Origin: an uncultured virus (IMG/VR IMGVR_UViG_3300007515_000005)
Lineage: Duplodnaviria; Heunggongvirae; Uroviricota; Caudoviricetes; Demerecviridae
DNA length: 20,000 nucleotides
IMG/VR virus record: IMGVR_UViG_3300007515_000005
Direction: 5' to 3' (one strand)
The position numbers and the translations under genes are program-made. Of this stretch, positions 19,901 to 20,000 are shown piece by piece. The notes under the pieces are model-generated. The model did no database searches, had not been told where the DNA came from, and was given only the letters and a program-made list of their open reading frames with translations. The first letter of the stretch is position 1, and every line of letters begins with the position of its first letter.

Positions 19901-20000
19901 AGCTCCAGCTGTAATTGGACTTGATGGGTTTCAAAGTGCAAAAATAGAATTATACCAAAGAAATGATAGTGCTACAGCTCCTGCTCTACCAAATAATGAT
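13944..20000 (+). CDS. Baseplate hub (T5 pb3-like) / central tail fibre protein, >=2019 aa, 3' truncated
   Basis: ATG at 13944 directly after the Dit stop. My translation of large parts shows no stop, and the frame is consistent at the window end; it is absent from the ORF track presumably for lack of a stop. Starts MSTERSINANIKTHLLSNEPLQYAHLVKFERP. Contains YFTDA, SHWGDF, LPVVYGVQR, AICEGEI and SNPAIQTLDYL..RYGKG motifs, then FN3-like and Ig-like domains. Confidence 0.88.
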   Translation, partial: MSTERSINANIKTHLLSNEPLQYAHLVKFERPFDPDPLTGKFRTNKERYAYFTDAAHDISYNDGTTDQDGNSNGAMTYRANRVLKIGNYSETTIARATSLKLTLAGEDLGAAVSLNGALSTATVDSVTVGRFTPTSTIYEGEVLDFTEKGFKEGDLITFTNTTTSAVDSNAYTNKYIITLSSANSQIKEGAIVTGTGIGTNTKVVSIDSATLTLDKLVSVSSGATLTFENSNTYFLNRFRTNNTVLEFSRTGDDSDDSAFLSLTDDFTISLKSQEVTSILEDRQIEAGAISRDTSLASPSFLHRQVFVYKVFIDPDDGSIIGNTSILVFKGIVASSSLSEDGTNTIVDWSVTSHWGDFEGIQGRLTTDETHRSLDARGKPNIEQGIRPEYAGDLGFLHSETSLSAIAIYNTKGQGSKLKSKRRGGFAGLTGQKYYVTETWEYDIQNEVDLNIHLQGKHLPVVYGVQRLNSVPIFADTLNSDSKKVYTADAICEGEIHGVYNIYIDDVPLICTDDNDYDIRNATNGTDTDNTQLQCYGNMSKGDTLNGHLMRTAPYSTADEQRVMAGLSPSSATMAGTHVPLIGTPFSTGHQDAVEDSAHSPLKYRSVAPQNIQGLTASTEGLNHDESYKINLGDGGVLSSTMFTGQANQKACDSLVTPAENVTKVMSVTITNPGDGYTSAPTGVIDAPDSGGTQATIGSITLGTAENGETDVLGNITVNNHGTGYAPVDTPVGVTFSGGGGSGGAAVANLGGYKRQNDYYDGNLPYWGPAHRLLDTAYVATSFELNADQTSLPEIEYIVKGKVLECHNYDNTYLPDPSVTSAAHTNFVEGSIYTVEYSSDGSSWTTDTTGTWTNNKFKILDKYEFTNHRGVTTWRFRLDTTPALGGATPTQTRLRLKNGNDYWYMITWNHAVVSTETAFPDEWTTATLGVASGKLTATVADATAGTPALNTYTEFQFYNADWYDDYSHDYDHTKGLKYGVLKGTWSGNTITFDGTDYTGISSFGTNKIRPADAFDLSSVSAVANITNTGELYSGRTTTQYHYLTHAATSQTEHEIGARLINETTGEWREIIGFNTTTDVVTIETPFFTPPLTTHKFTISGRGKDLRASSNPAIQTLDYLTSKRYGKGADLAEDVDLSSFISAAKLCDSRSNIQLKVESITGIAEGDIFTLTHNGASDGTHVASGKVAAGGIDASGNTITLTQVINKFAKRYSTYTSLNTGDIVYTDAGAYYRATADIATPPSTVPSHGSQTTVANLLHIGNYDDNVGANPIVVHKTSGSGSASTLNVQKRQGTPVEYSLYDSDWVKYWKYYGWDHHHQREVTRHQTNFILDTGKSVFANMNALLSHFNGILSYENGKYTLDVETQMDAPTISLNANQENINPYYIENSDIIGRISLKDNSSKKAKNTVKASIADPQNNFGSRSITFFNSDFLKADRNIVKNGQFPFTGITNYYNGRIGAEKELYQSRFSKEISFTVGSRGLLLKAGQVIAITYDPFGWSSKLFRIDNLSFQANCNVSVKATEYDDSIYEITKQQFSNVMSQSSASYTLPIPPKPTDLDATTDKNGSIIITWKNGVSDNNAFDERTDSTEIWYNSSDDRDSSTLLATVDNSTSYTFTSTVAENKYFWIRHKRMSTMSKGSKTGTIHSAWNASAGELGTSLSISAGATSVKLLPSSHVIDWNKEASDEQSTINFTTDIQGMSGTLYYDFLVGATSKQNTTTSTWTLPDADEPGPTDAPIKITVKVRQGSTSGTLLAQDVVSIYAIQDGQNTVTGILTNESHTVPTNSDGSGASFTGAGGTYLVYYGNDKIQDISGYQASDLVFSVQGTTGTVTAAINATTGVYSISALSSDVATVTFRAIVKGSMLGGLDTTNDVTRDKIYTISRAKAGVDASGVAGLNQKTIELYYLNNDASSAPTLPNNPLYWNFVERKLVQSSGSTTTLNDGHASLDDWKQALPPTTAANGVRWVTMAVASANTDEDTIAAGDWAAPAVIGLDGFQSAKIELYQRNDSATAPALPNND
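19626..20000 (+). repeat. ~100-aa (300 nt) tandem domain repeat in the fibre portion
   Basis: GLNQKTIELYY..APTLPNN (from 19626) and GFQSAKIELYQ..APALPNND (from 19926). Identical AATAGAATTATA at 19643 and 19943. Confidence 0.75.

Noticed and set aside
13943..20000. Apparent 6-kb non-coding region in the ORF track, with small minus ORFs 16297-16479 and 19655-19879
   Set aside because: It is one long + strand ORF lacking a stop within the window; the minus ORFs are shadows.
1..20000. Alternative genetic code, CRISPR array, tRNA, intron/intein or DGR
   Set aside because: Genes are intact under code 11 with TAA, TAG and TGA all used as stops. I saw no repeat-spacer arrays, cloverleafs, intein motifs, reverse transcriptase or TR/VR pair.

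Overview
AT-rich, densely coding, single-direction (+ strand) virion-morphogenesis operon of a tailed dsDNA phage with T5-like (Demerecviridae-related) siphovirus gene order. The order is: 3' end of portal, a small basic protein, a prohead protease fused in-frame to the HK97-fold major capsid protein, head completion, an unusually long tail completion protein, tail terminator, tail tube, p140-like baseplate tube protein, a tail assembly chaperone pair, tape measure, distal tail protein, and a >2019-aa hub/central fibre protein that runs off the window (missing from the supplied ORF track). Most notable: (i) protease-capsid fusion that keeps an internal RBS+ATG; (ii) chaperone ORFs offset by +1 at a TTT-CGT site rather than the canonical -1 heptamer; (iii) a ~400-aa extension with a possible split HNH-like motif on the tail completion protein; (iv) an FGSW-repeat/PAK-tail protein at the position of the T5 decoration gene; (v) a similar GxGY beta-module inserted in two tail proteins. 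Family assignments come from recalled motifs and synteny; no database search was run.
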